Part shown: one piece after another, positions 20,291-30,120 of the stretch | Layout: each line of letters opens with the position of its first letter | How positions within the stretch are numbered: the stretch's first letter is position 1 | NCBI GenBank assembly: GCA_020852925.1 | Contig: JADYZU010000036.1 | Span: 1,404 to 65,403, forward strand | Source of the DNA: Rubellimicrobium sp. | Lineage (GTDB): Bacteria; Pseudomonadota; Alphaproteobacteria; Rhodobacterales; Rhodobacteraceae | Reading direction: 5' to 3' | DNA length: 64,000 bases | Position numbers and translations under genes: made by a program | The notes under the pieces: generated by a model | Databases searched by the model: none | The model's input: the letters and a program-made list of their open reading frames with translations, nothing else | Told to the model about the DNA's origin: nothing

Positions 20291-20563
20291 ATGGCGGTCG
20301 GCTGGGCACAGGACGAGGCGGTGAGCGCGCAGATCGAGGCCTCGATCAGCGACGAACTCGAGCGGATGAAGGCGCTGCGGCGGGCGCCGGTCGGCGAAGC
20401 CCTGAGCGAATGCGCCGAATGTGGCGAGGAGATCCCCGAGGCGCGGCGCATCGCGGTGCCGGGGGTGAAGCTGTGCACCACCTGCCAGGGCGCGCGCGAC
20501 CGCCGCCCGGCAGCCCGCGGCGGCATCAACCGGCGCGGCTCGAAGGACAGCCAGCTGCGCTGA
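20291..20563 (+). CDS. DksA/TraR family C4-type zinc-finger protein
   Basis: About 90 aa from MAVGWAQDEA. CAECGEEIPEARR..CTTCQ four-Cys finger. Confidence 0.8.
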   Translation: MAVGWAQDEAVSAQIEASISDELERMKALRRAPVGEALSECAECGEEIPEARRIAVPGVKLCTTCQGARDRRPAARGGINRRGSKDSQLR

Positions 20564-20622
20564 CCCGGTTGACCGGCCGGGCTGCCCGCGATAGCCCGGA
20601 CCACGCCCCCCGGGCGCTTCGG

Positions 20623-20698
20623 GGGCCTGTAGCTCAACGGTCAGAGCAGGGCGCTCATAACGCCTTGGTTGGGGGTTCGAATCCCTCCGGGCCTACCA
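20623..20698 (+). tRNA. tRNA with CAT anticodon (elongator Met, or Ile2 if lysidine-modified)
   Basis: 76 nt. Acceptor GGGCCTG/CGGGCCT, anticodon loop CTCATAA, GGTTCGAATCC T-loop, CCA end. Not initiator-like. Confidence 0.9.
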
Positions 20699-20926
20699 TT
20701 CATCCCGTCCCTTTCCTGCCTGTTCCGGACCGACCGGCCGCAGTCGCGGATCGTGGCGTTGCGGATGGTGGTCGCGGATGGGGCCGTGGATTGCGCCTGC
20801 CGCCGGGGAGGGTAAGGTTCCGGGCGGGCCGGCGGCGACGCGCCCGGGCGCGGGCAGCGCGCAGGCGCGGGGCCGCGCGCAGGAGGCGCCGGCTGGCGGG
20901 GATGGATCGGCAGGGGGAGGACGGTC

Positions 20927-22360
20927 ATGGACGGTTTCGATCTTGTGATCCGGGGCGGGACGGTCGTCACCGCGTCGGACACGGCGGTTGCGGATGTGGG
21001 GGTTCGCGGCGGGGTGATCGCGGCGGTCGGGCTTGAGCTGGGGCGCGGGCGGCAGGAGATCGACGCGGCCGGGCTTCTGGTGATGCCGGGCGGGATCGAC
21101 AGCCATGTGCATCTGGCCCAGCCCGCCTTTGGCGGCCCGGCCATGGCCGACGGGTTCGAGAGCGGCACGCGCTCGGCCATCGCCGGTGGCAACACCACGG
21201 TGCTGCCCTTCGCGCTTCAGGGGCGCGGCGAGAGCCTGCGTCAGGCGGTCGAGGACTACCACAGACAGGCGGACGGGCAGTCCTATTGCGACTACGGCTT
21301 TCACCTGATCGTCGCCAATCCTTCGGCCGCGACGCTGGGACAGGATCTGCCGGCGCTGGTGGCGGCGGGGTATACCTCGCTCAAGATCTTCATGACCTAT
21401 GACGATCTGGTGCTGAACGACCGCGAGATCCTCGAGGTGTTCGATGCCGCGGGCGAATGCGGCGCCCTCGTCATGGTGCATTGCGAAGGCTATGACGCGA
21501 TCCGCTTCATGACTGAAAAGCTCGAGCGATCGGGGCGGATGGCGCCCTATTACCACGCCGTTTCCCGACCCCAGACGGTCGAGCGCGAGGCCGCCCACCG
21601 CGCGATCAGCCATGCCGAACTGACCGGGGTGCCGATCATGATCGTCCATGTCTCGGGCCGCGAGGCGATGGAGCAGATCCGCTGGGCGCAGTCGCGCGGC
21701 CTGAAGATCATGGGCGAGACCTGCACGCAGTACATCTCGCTCACCGCCGAGGATCTCAAGGGTCTCAACATGGACGAGACCGGGTCGAAATACGTCTGCT
21801 CGCCGCCGCCGCGCGACCGGCCGAGTTGGGACGCGATCTGGAACGGCATCCAGACCGGGGTGTTCCAGACCTTCTCCTCGGACCATTGCCCGTTCTACTT
21901 CGAAGGCGAGATGGGCAAGAAGAACCCCAAGGCGCGCACCGGGTTCCGCTGGGTGCCGAACGGGATCCCCGGTGTGGCGGTGCGCATGCCGATCCTGTGG
22001 TCCGAAGGGGTGGTGAAGGGCCGGATCACCGCGAACCAGTTCGTGGCGCTGACCTCGACCAACCACGCGCGCATCTACGGATTGACGAACAAGGGGGCGC
22101 TTGCGCCGGGGTATGATGCCGACATCGTGCTGTGGGATCCGGCGCGCAAGGTGACGATCACCCAGGCGCTGATGGAGCATGGCGCCGACTACACCCCCTG
22201 GGAGGGGTTCGAGGTGACCGGCTGGCCGCAGGCCACCATCCTGCGCGGCGAGGTGGTGATGGAGGGGGGGCGCATCCTGGGCCGCAAGGACGGGGGCCGG
22301 TTCCTGCCGCGCGCCGTCTCGCCCATGGCCGGCCGGATGGCGGGGGCGCCGCTCGACTGA
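20927..22360 (+). CDS. dihydropyrimidinase / D-hydantoinase
   Basis: 477 aa. GGIDSHVHL metal site, SLKIFMTY (carboxylated Lys region), VHVS, FSSDHCP. Confidence 0.9.
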   Translation: MDGFDLVIRGGTVVTASDTAVADVGVRGGVIAAVGLELGRGRQEIDAAGLLVMPGGIDSHVHLAQPAFGGPAMADGFESGTRSAIAGGNTTVLPFALQGRGESLRQAVEDYHRQADGQSYCDYGFHLIVANPSAATLGQDLPALVAAGYTSLKIFMTYDDLVLNDREILEVFDAAGECGALVMVHCEGYDAIRFMTEKLERSGRMAPYYHAVSRPQTVEREAAHRAISHAELTGVPIMIVHVSGREAMEQIRWAQSRGLKIMGETCTQYISLTAEDLKGLNMDETGSKYVCSPPPRDRPSWDAIWNGIQTGVFQTFSSDHCPFYFEGEMGKKNPKARTGFRWVPNGIPGVAVRMPILWSEGVVKGRITANQFVALTSTNHARIYGLTNKGALAPGYDADIVLWDPARKVTITQALMEHGADYTPWEGFEVTGWPQATILRGEVVMEGGRILGRKDGGRFLPRAVSPMAGRMAGAPLD

Positions 22361-22387
22361 GGGCGCGCGGGGCGGGGGCGGGGCGGT

Positions 22388-23353
22388 TCAGGCCCCGAAC
22401 CGCCGCCAGGACCGTTCGAGCAGATCCGCGTCGATGTTGCGCCCGATCAGGACCACCACCCCCTCCTCGGGCGCGGGACCGGCGAGGGTATCATCGCCTT
22501 CGGGCAGGATTTCCGGGGCCTGCACCACGCGGCGCACCGATTGCAGCAGCAGCCGCCCCGCCGGCGCGCGCACCACGCCCTTGACCCGCACCACATCGTC
22601 GCCCCGCGCCTGAAGCAGCGCCGACAACCAGGTCGAGAGCGCGACCCAGCCGCCCTCGGCGCCGACGTTCAGGCGATAGGGGCGGATCGGCGTCGTGGCG
22701 GCGAGGGGGGGCAGCGGCAGCGGTTCGGCCCCTTCGCCGGTCATGGGCAGGTGGATTTCCTCGCCCAGATCGGCCGCCACGAGAGCGGCCGCCGGATTCA
22801 GGCCGCGCAGCGTTGCCGCAAGGCGCGGCAGCATCCCGGGCGCCGCCAGAAACGGTTTGGTCACGATCAGGTCGTCGGCCGCCTCGACCTGCGCGCGGGC
22901 AAGGGGTTCGGCGGCAAGCTGGGCTGCGCCGTGCAGCGCATCCACCAGCACCACCACCCGCTCCACCACCAGCCGCCGCGCCAGCACCTGATCCGCAGCC
23001 AGCGCCGCCGCGATCGCCCCGGGATCGGCCAGGCCGCTGGTCTCGAGCAGGATGCCGTCGATCGCGCCCGCCCTGGCCCCGGTCGTATCGTCGCAGATGC
23101 GGCGCAGCGCGGCGATGAGGGCGGGCAGCCCCTCGCAGCAGGCACAACCGCCGGCCAGCACCTCGACCTTCGCCGCGCCGCCCAGAAGCAGGTTGTCCAC
23201 CGGGGTCAGAGCGGCCTCGTTCACGAGGATGTGGTGGCGGGAGAAGCGGCCGACATGCAGTTGATGGCGCAGCCATGTGCTCTTGCCGGCGCCAAGAAAG
23301 CCGCCGACCACGGTGAGCGCAAGCCGCCCGTCGCCGCGCAGGCCCTCAGCCAT
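22388..23353 (-). CDS. COG0523 (CobW/ZigA-like) G3E-family metallochaperone GTPase
   Basis: P-loop GGFLGAGKST, metal-binding GCACCE, CobW_C-type tail VVRVKGV. Start at Met 23353. Confidence 0.85.
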   Translation of the reverse strand: MAEGLRGDGRLALTVVGGFLGAGKSTWLRHQLHVGRFSRHHILVNEAALTPVDNLLLGGAAKVEVLAGGCACCEGLPALIAALRRICDDTTGARAGAIDGILLETSGLADPGAIAAALAADQVLARRLVVERVVVLVDALHGAAQLAAEPLARAQVEAADDLIVTKPFLAAPGMLPRLAATLRGLNPAAALVAADLGEEIHLPMTGEGAEPLPLPPLAATTPIRPYRLNVGAEGGWVALSTWLSALLQARGDDVVRVKGVVRAPAGRLLLQSVRRVVQAPEILPEGDDTLAGPAPEEGVVVLIGRNIDADLLERSWRRFGA

Positions 23354-23639
23354 CGGCAAGTGCACGCGGTGACAGCGGGTCGATCGCCTCGCCGGCTAGG
23401 CGGGCGGCCTCGCGCCAGAGCTGTTCCAGATCGTCAACCAGCACGCGCGCGCCGCCGGGAGCAAACAGTTGCAACCCCGGCGTCGCGCCGTCGTCATGGG
23501 CCTTCAGGCCCCAGGGGGCCAGAAGGCGGTTCACCGCCGCAAGCCGGATGAAGCGCAGGCGCAACCGTTCCGCCGGGGTGCTGCCCCCGGCATCGGTCCA
23601 GTGGCCGGGCTTTGCCGGAAAGCCGCAGGCACTGCACAT
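23346..23639 (-). CDS. small conserved-looking hypothetical protein (97 aa) with N-terminal CxxC
   Basis: MCSACGFPAKPGHWTDAGG.... The stop overlaps the COG0523 start by 8 nt. Begins 17 nt after the CE4 gene stop. No family recognised. Confidence 0.5.
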   Translation of the reverse strand: MCSACGFPAKPGHWTDAGGSTPAERLRLRFIRLAAVNRLLAPWGLKAHDDGATPGLQLFAPGGARVLVDDLEQLWREAARLAGEAIDPLSPRALADG

Positions 23640-23656
23640 CGCCCCGCCCCCCGGCC

Positions 23657-24559
23657 TCAGATCACGTCGGGGCGCAGGGCGCTCTCGAACGGATAGCGCT
23701 TGCGGAAGTCGGTGGCGATCTCGTCGAAGGTCGCCCATTGCACGCCCTCGTGGCCGTTGATGTGCTCGATCAGCCGCTCGAGCATCAGCAGCACCTGCGG
23801 CCTGCCCGACACATCGGGATGGATGGTGAAGGCGAAGACGGCATAGTCCATCTCGCGGTAGACCCAGTCGAACTGGTCGCGCCACATCTGCTCGATGTCG
23901 CGCGGATTCACGAAGCCGTGGCTGTTGGGCGACTTCTTCATGAACATCATCGGCGGCAGGTCATCGACATACCAGTTGGCGGCGATATCGACGAGGTCGA
24001 TCTCGCGGCCGTGCTTCAACGGATGCATCCAGTCCTTCGCCTGCTTCGTGTAGTCGATGACGTTCCATTCGTCGCCGACACGCGCATAGAACGGCTGGAA
24101 GTCGCGATAGCCCTGGCTGTGATCGTAGCTGAAGTCGTATTTCTTCAGAAGCGCCGCGGTCGAGGCCGACATTTCCCACCACGGCGCCACATAGCCGCGC
24201 GGCGCGCGCCCGGTCAGCTTGTGGATGAGGTCGATCGACTTCACCAGCACGTCCTCTTCCTGCTGCGGGGTCATGGCGACCGGGTTCTCGTGCAGATAGC
24301 CATGCGCGCCGATCTCGTGGCCCTCGTCCACGATCCTCTGCATTTCCCGGGGAAAGGTCTCGAGCGAGTGGCCGGGAATGAAGAAACTGGTCCTGAGATC
24401 GTATTTCCTGAACAGCCGCAGCAGGCGGGGCACGCCGACCTCGGTGGCAAAGATGCCGCGCTGGATGTCCGAGGGGCTGTCGCCGCCGCCATAGGATCCG
24501 ATCCAGCCCGCGACCGAATCGATGTCGGTGCCGAAGGCGCAGTAGATTTTCTTGGCCAT
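23657..24559 (-). CDS. polysaccharide deacetylase (CE4) fold hydrolase, PuuE/cyclic-amidohydrolase-like
   Basis: 300 aa. [21 protein letters not shown] metal-binding His motif typical of CE4. No signal peptide. Confidence 0.8.
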   Translation of the reverse strand: MAKKIYCAFGTDIDSVAGWIGSYGGGDSPSDIQRGIFATEVGVPRLLRLFRKYDLRTSFFIPGHSLETFPREMQRIVDEGHEIGAHGYLHENPVAMTPQQEEDVLVKSIDLIHKLTGRAPRGYVAPWWEMSASTAALLKKYDFSYDHSQGYRDFQPFYARVGDEWNVIDYTKQAKDWMHPLKHGREIDLVDIAANWYVDDLPPMMFMKKSPNSHGFVNPRDIEQMWRDQFDWVYREMDYAVFAFTIHPDVSGRPQVLLMLERLIEHINGHEGVQWATFDEIATDFRKRYPFESALRPDVI

Positions 24560-24614
24560 GTCGTTCTCCTGTCGGTTCGTGCGGCCCCTCCCCGGGCCGC
24601 GTTCGGGATGGGTG

Positions 24615-25607
24615 TCACGCCGCGCCGGGCGGCAGTGACAGGTCGGTGAGTTGGCAATACCGATCGGGGGTGCCGGCCATCAGCAGGAGCATGAGCAAGA
24701 GCCGCGCCTTGAGCGCGTCAAGGTCGCCCGCCCCCCCGAGGCCGCGCCGCAGCAGGTCGATCTCGCCGCCCGACTGGCCATAGGTGCGCGACAGCACCCG
24801 CCCGCCGCGGGTGCGGCTGGCAAAGACCACCGGCACCCGCGACACCGCCGCCCCGAGCGCCCCGAGCCAGCCGCTGTGCACATGCCCCCCGCCCGCCAGG
24901 TCCAGGACGATCCCCCCCGCCCCCGCGTCGAGGGCGGCGTGCACAAGGCGGGGATCGTCGGAAAGGCCGGGCTTGAGGATCGGCACGAAGGGCAGCCCTG
25001 CCCCTTCGGGCAGGGGCAGCGGCGCGCGGCGCGCCGGCCGGGCATAGAGCGCGGCCTTCCCCTCGGCCAGCCAGCCCAGCGGCGCGGGCGAATGGAAGGC
25101 GCCGGTCGAGGAGGTATCGCATTTCTGCACCCAGCGCGCGGCGTGGATCCGGTCGTCAAGGGTCACCACCGCGCCAAGGCCGCGGCAAGCCGGATAGGCG
25201 GCGCAGGTGACCGCGGCCAGAAGGTTCGCCGGCCCGTCCGCGCCGGGCAGGGTCGGGTTGCGCATCGCCCCCGTCACCACCACCGGCATGTCCCCGCCGT
25301 GAAGCAGGTCGAGGACGAAGGCGGTCTCCTCGATCGTGTCGGTGCCCTGGGTGACGACGACACCGGCCACCCCGTCGGCCTCGTGCGCGCGGATCGCCCG
25401 CACCAGATCGAACAGCAGCGGCAGGCCGATCTCGGTCGAGGGGACATTGGCCAGATTGCGCGCCGCGATCCGCGCCACATCCGCCAGCGCCGGCACCGCC
25501 GCGGCCAGATCCGCCCCCGAAAGGCCGGGCGCGACCCCGCCGCTGCCGCTGTCCGGGCGGCAGGCGATGGTGCCCCCGAGGGCGATGATCTCGACGCGCG
25601 GTTTCAT
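24615..25607 (-). CDS. asparaginase/glutaminase family amidohydrolase
   Basis: 330 aa from [15 protein letters not shown] and [12 protein letters not shown] catalytic Thr motifs. Confidence 0.85.
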   Translation of the reverse strand: MKPRVEIIALGGTIACRPDSGSGGVAPGLSGADLAAAVPALADVARIAARNLANVPSTEIGLPLLFDLVRAIRAHEADGVAGVVVTQGTDTIEETAFVLDLLHGGDMPVVVTGAMRNPTLPGADGPANLLAAVTCAAYPACRGLGAVVTLDDRIHAARWVQKCDTSSTGAFHSPAPLGWLAEGKAALYARPARRAPLPLPEGAGLPFVPILKPGLSDDPRLVHAALDAGAGGIVLDLAGGGHVHSGWLGALGAAVSRVPVVFASRTRGGRVLSRTYGQSGGEIDLLRRGLGGAGDLDALKARLLLMLLLMAGTPDRYCQLTDLSLPPGAA

Positions 25608-25608
25608 C

Positions 25609-26727
25609 TCAATCCTCGTGCGGCGTTCCTGTTGAGTTGTTTGCGCCTCTGAGGAAGTGGTTGAGGGATGCGTCCCATGCGGCGTGGATGGTTCTGCCGA
25701 CTTCGAGGGGGCGGGCAAAGAAGCTGTCCTCGCTCATGTAGATGATGAACTCCTCGCGCAGTCCGGTATCGAGGGCGACCTTCACGAAGGTTCCCTGGTA
25801 TTCGATGTTGACGACCTTTCCGCTCAGGCCGTTGCGGGAGGCGGGGGCGGCCGCGACGTGGATGTGGTCGCGGCGGATCGAGAAGCGCACCTGCTGTCCC
25901 GAGGTCACGCCCCCGGCATTGCCGAGGTCGTGGCGCGTGCCGTTCTGGTCGATGACGACGGCGCCGCCCTGGGCGTCCACGCTCTCGACGGTGGCGGTCA
26001 GCACGTTCTGGCCGCCCATGAAGCGGGCGACATAGGGGCTGTGGGGGCGGTTGTAGATGTCGCGCGGGCTGGCGGCCTGTTCGATCAGGCCGTGGTCCAT
26101 CACCACCACCTGATCGGCCAGCGCGATCGCCTCGGGCTGGGTGTGGGTGACGTGGATGAAGGTGATGCCCAGTTCGTTCTGAAGCCGCTTCAGTTCCACC
26201 CGCATCTTCAGGCGCAGGAATTCGTCGAGCGCGGAGAGCGGCTCGTCGAGCAGGAGCACCCTGGGGTTGGTGATGAGCGCGCGGGCCAGCGCCACGCGCT
26301 GCTGCTGGCCGCCCGAGAGTTCCGAGGGCAGCCGGTCGGCCAGATGGCCCAGTTGCACGCGATCGAGCATCTCGCGCGCGCGGGCGCGGCGGGTGTCGGC
26401 GGCCTCGCCCTTGACGCGCAGGCTGAAGGCCACGTTGTCGGTCAGCGACAGATGCGGAAACAGCGCGTAGTTCTGGAACATGAGCGCGGTGCCGCGGCTG
26501 CCGGTGCGGGCGTGGGTCACGTCCTGTCCGCCGATGCTGATCGTGCCGGAACTGGGCGCCTCGTGGCCGGCGATCATGCGCAGGAGCGTGGTCTTGCCAC
26601 AGCCCGAGGGACCGATCATGCAGCAGTAGGCGCCGCCCTCGATGGTCAGATCGACATTGTTCACCGCCTTCACCGCGCCATAGAGCTTGGTGACGTTGCG
26701 GATGTCGATACGGCTCTGTTCGGTCAT
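25609..26727 (-). CDS. ABC transporter ATP-binding protein (PotA-like with C-terminal TOBE-type domain)
   Basis: 372 aa. GPSGCGKTT, LSGGQQQRVALARAL, LLLDEP. Confidence 0.92.
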   Translation of the reverse strand: MTEQSRIDIRNVTKLYGAVKAVNNVDLTIEGGAYCCMIGPSGCGKTTLLRMIAGHEAPSSGTISIGGQDVTHARTGSRGTALMFQNYALFPHLSLTDNVAFSLRVKGEAADTRRARAREMLDRVQLGHLADRLPSELSGGQQQRVALARALITNPRVLLLDEPLSALDEFLRLKMRVELKRLQNELGITFIHVTHTQPEAIALADQVVVMDHGLIEQAASPRDIYNRPHSPYVARFMGGQNVLTATVESVDAQGGAVVIDQNGTRHDLGNAGGVTSGQQVRFSIRRDHIHVAAAPASRNGLSGKVVNIEYQGTFVKVALDTGLREEFIIYMSEDSFFARPLEVGRTIHAAWDASLNHFLRGANNSTGTPHED

Positions 26728-27567
26728 TCAGGATGCTCCTCGCTTGGCCCTGGCCCTGCGCTTCTGGATGATGGCGATGGCGACGAAGGATGCGGCGATC
26801 ACCAGAAAGCTGAGCGCCGAGGTCACGGTCCCGATCGCATAGAGCGCGGGCGTGGTGACATTGGTCGTCATGTTGGAAATCTCGATCGGAAGGGTGTTCC
26901 TGCCGCCCACGGTCAGCAGCGAGCGCGGCATCTCGTCATAGGAGAGGGTGAAGCCGAACAGCGCCACCGCGATCAGGCCGGGACACAGGATCGGCACGGT
27001 GACAAGCCCGAGCGTCTGCCACGGCCGCGCGCCGGCGTCGCGCGCCGCCTCTTCCCACGAACTGTCGAAGCGGTTCAGCACCGCGAACATGATCAGCAGG
27101 CCGAAGGGCAGCGTCCAGCTCAGATGCGCGCCGAGGCCCGACAGCCACCAGTTCAGCCGCAGGCCCAGCAGCTGGAACAGCTGGCTCAGGCCGAGGCCGA
27201 GCAGGATGCCCGGCACCACGAGGCTGATGATCGACAGGTAGAAGATCGGCCCCGATCCCCAGAACCGCCGGCGAAAGGCGAGGCCCGCGAACAGGCAGAC
27301 CACCGTGGTGATCGCCAGCGCCATCAGGCCAAGCCAGACCGAGCGGCGGAACGCCCCGCCCAGGTCGCCGTAGCGGCTCGAGGTCATGAGGTCGCCGAAC
27401 CAGTGGGTCGAGACCCCCCGCATCGGAAAGGTGAGGCCGCCGGTCGGGCCCTGGAAGCTGAGCACGAAGATCATCAGCATCGGGCCGTAGAGGAAGATCA
27501 CGAAGAGGGCGAAGAAGGCCGCGAGGATGTAGAAGTCCTTGCCGCGCCGCGTGGATGTCTGTGCCAT
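26728..27567 (-). CDS. ABC transporter permease
   Basis: 279 aa, 6-TM pattern, EEAARDAGARPWQT permease loop. Confidence 0.88.
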   Translation of the reverse strand: MAQTSTRRGKDFYILAAFFALFVIFLYGPMLMIFVLSFQGPTGGLTFPMRGVSTHWFGDLMTSSRYGDLGGAFRRSVWLGLMALAITTVVCLFAGLAFRRRFWGSGPIFYLSIISLVVPGILLGLGLSQLFQLLGLRLNWWLSGLGAHLSWTLPFGLLIMFAVLNRFDSSWEEAARDAGARPWQTLGLVTVPILCPGLIAVALFGFTLSYDEMPRSLLTVGGRNTLPIEISNMTTNVTTPALYAIGTVTSALSFLVIAASFVAIAIIQKRRARAKRGAS

Positions 27568-27577
27568 GCTGCCCCCC

Positions 27578-28453
27578 TCACCTGGCCAGTTCGGAACGGA
27601 TGTCGACGACGCGCAGGATCGCCGCGACCATCATCACCACGACCACGATCAGCAGCACCGCCATGGCCGAGGCCTGGGGATAATAGAGCTGGTCGATCTG
27701 GTTCTTCATCGCCGAGACGACCGAGGCGCTCTGCCCGCCGCTCATCACCCGCACGACAAAGAAATCGCCCATCACCAGCGTGACGACAAAGATCGCCCCC
27801 AGCGCGATCCCGGTCCGCGACAGCGGGATGATGACCGAGGTCAGGATCTGCGCCCCCGAGGCCCCGGCATCGCGCGCCGCCTCGATCAGGTTCGGGTTGA
27901 TCTTGGCCATGCTGTTGAAGATCGGCACGATCATGAACAGCGTGAACAGGTGGATGTAGGTCAGGATCACCGCGAAATCCGAATAGAGCAGGAAATCGAG
28001 CGGCCGGTCCGTCACGCCCAGGCCGATCAGCAGCCGGTTGAAGATCCCCTCGCGCCCGAGGAACGGGATCCACGAGATCATCCGGATCACGTTCGAGGTC
28101 CAGAACGGGATCGTGCACAGCAGCAGCAGCCCGATCTGCCACTTGAGGTTGCGCACATGGAAGACGAGGAAATACGAGACCACGAAGCCGATCAGCGTGG
28201 TCGCCGCCAGCGTGATCGCCGCGTATTGCACGGTCTTGACGAACAGCGCGAGCGTGAGCCGCGAGGTCAGCACCTCGCGGTAGTTCTCCCAGGTGAAGGC
28301 GGGATAGACCGAGATGCCGTCGGTCTCCCAGAAGCTCAGCAGCACGACGGTGACGATGGGGATGCCGACCATCGTCAGCATGAAGAAGGCAAGCGGCGCC
28401 ACCTGGAAATAGGGAACGAGGCGCGAGCCGCTGCCGGACGAGCGGGCGGACAT
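27578..28453 (-). CDS. ABC transporter permease
   Basis: 291 aa, IEAARDAGASGAQI permease loop. Confidence 0.88.
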   Translation of the reverse strand: MSARSSGSGSRLVPYFQVAPLAFFMLTMVGIPIVTVVLLSFWETDGISVYPAFTWENYREVLTSRLTLALFVKTVQYAAITLAATTLIGFVVSYFLVFHVRNLKWQIGLLLLCTIPFWTSNVIRMISWIPFLGREGIFNRLLIGLGVTDRPLDFLLYSDFAVILTYIHLFTLFMIVPIFNSMAKINPNLIEAARDAGASGAQILTSVIIPLSRTGIALGAIFVVTLVMGDFFVVRVMSGGQSASVVSAMKNQIDQLYYPQASAMAVLLIVVVVMMVAAILRVVDIRSELAR

Positions 28454-28529
28454 GGACGGGAACCTCCGGGGCCAGGAATGCGGCCGGGTGACGGGGGGCG
28501 GGACGCGGGATGGGCGGGGGATGGGGCGG

Positions 28530-28557
28530 GGCCGGCCGGGGGCTGCCCCGGCCGGCC
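28530..28557 (-). other. Intercistronic GC-rich hairpin between the binding-protein and permease genes
   Basis: ggccggccgggg-gctg-ccccggccggcc, perfect 12-bp stem, no U-tract. Confidence 0.5.
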
Positions 28558-28574
28558 GGCAATGCCGTGCCGCC

Positions 28575-29867
28575 TCAGGCCGAGATGAACTCGTTCCAGC
28601 GCTGGACCATGTGGCGCTCCTCGTCCATCACCGTGTTCCAGCAGGCGATATGGCCGATCCGCTCCTGGAACGATCCGCCGTCGCGGCGGGCGCCGGCCTG
28701 GTCCATGACCGCGCCATAGGGATCGACGATCGCCTCGGTCGCGGCCTGGCCGTCATACCAGTAGCCCCATTCGTTCGCGGACATGAACTCCTTCGCGGTC
28801 TCGGGCACCGAGGAATAATAGCCCTGCCGGCCGATGAAGCCGCCATGCCAGCCCGACAGTTCCCAGTTCAGGAATTCATAGGCCGCATCGAGCTTCAACC
28901 CCTCGAGATGCGCCATCACCCCGGTGCCAAGGCCCCAGGCGCGATAGCCCTCCTTCATGCCCTGATAGACGCAGGGGATGCCGCGCGCCTTCACCGCGGT
29001 GACGGCGGGCGACCACATCGACTGGATCACCACCTCGCCGGCGGCCATCAGGTTCACCGATTCGTCGAAGGTGGACCAGAAGGCCCGGAACTGCCCGGCG
29101 CGCTTCAGCTCGATCAGCCGGTCGATGGTGAAGTCGATCTCCTCGACCGTCATGTTGCCCTTGTCGCCATAGGTGATCTCGCCCATCGCCTCGAGCGCCA
29201 TGGCCGCGTCCATGATGCCGATCCCGGGCACGTTCACCAGCGCGGTCTTGCCGGCGAATTCCGGGTTGAAGAGTTCGGCGTAGCTTTCGACCGGTCGGCC
29301 GATCAGGTCGGGGCGGATGCCCAGCGTGTCGGCGTTGTAGATCGTCGGCACCGTGGTCGAGAACCCGGTCTCGGCGCCCGCGAATTCGGTCGCGCCGGGT
29401 TCCGCCACATAGAGCACCTCGAAGGGCATGGTCCCCTGCGCCGACAGCGGCGAGCCGTCCAGCGCCAGCCCGTCCTTCATCACCGGCGTCATCCGCCCCC
29501 AGTTCGCGATCCGGCTCACATCGACCGGCTGCACCTTGCCCGCGCGCCAGGTCTTCTGCATCGCCCAGAATTCGAGATCGGGAAGGTCGATGGTCTCGGG
29601 CTGGCTCACGATCTTGGTCATGAGCGCGGTGCTTTCCACCACCTGCGGCACGATGGTGAAGCCAAGGTCGGCACTCGCCTTCTCGGCGATGTCGGCGATG
29701 ACCGAATAGGACGGCCCGGCCCAGTTCAGCGTGATGTCGCGGATGTTCTGCGCCCAGATCATCGGCGCGCCCAGAATCCCCGAACCCGCAGCCGCGCCGG
29801 TCGCGGCGGCTGTGCCCTTCAGAAACGTCCGGCGCGAGACGCCGGTGGTCTTGGTCGTATCGGTCAT
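28575..29867 (-). CDS. ABC transporter periplasmic substrate-binding protein with twin-arginine signal
   Basis: 430 aa from MTDTTKTTGVSRRTFLKGTAAATGAAAGSGILGAPMIWA (SD ggaggaag). PotD/PotF-like family 1 fold. Confidence 0.88.
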   Translation of the reverse strand: MTDTTKTTGVSRRTFLKGTAAATGAAAGSGILGAPMIWAQNIRDITLNWAGPSYSVIADIAEKASADLGFTIVPQVVESTALMTKIVSQPETIDLPDLEFWAMQKTWRAGKVQPVDVSRIANWGRMTPVMKDGLALDGSPLSAQGTMPFEVLYVAEPGATEFAGAETGFSTTVPTIYNADTLGIRPDLIGRPVESYAELFNPEFAGKTALVNVPGIGIMDAAMALEAMGEITYGDKGNMTVEEIDFTIDRLIELKRAGQFRAFWSTFDESVNLMAAGEVVIQSMWSPAVTAVKARGIPCVYQGMKEGYRAWGLGTGVMAHLEGLKLDAAYEFLNWELSGWHGGFIGRQGYYSSVPETAKEFMSANEWGYWYDGQAATEAIVDPYGAVMDQAGARRDGGSFQERIGHIACWNTVMDEERHMVQRWNEFISA

Positions 29868-30120
29868 GGTCTTCCTCCCCTTGACGGATCGCTGATGCTG
29901 ACGGGCCCTCCTCCTGCCGGTGCCGTCGTCGAGGGCACCGGAACCCGCCGGCTTGGCGACACGGTAACAAAACGTCTTTAGGATGCAATGCACAATTTTG
30001 ATCGTGCCGGCATTGCCCGACATGCCGTCTTGATGCATGTTTGCGCCCATGACGGGCGTTTTCCGGCGCGACCACGGGACAGAACGGAACACCTTGGATG
30101 CAAAAAACGATCCCGACACC

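Noticed and set aside
20623-20698. Initiator tRNA-fMet assignment for the CAT-anticodon tRNA.
   Set aside because: Position 1:72 is a G:T pair rather than the C:A mismatch of bacterial initiators, and the anticodon stem lacks the three consecutive G:C pairs next to the loop. Elongator Met versus lysidine-modified Ile2 cannot be resolved by eye.
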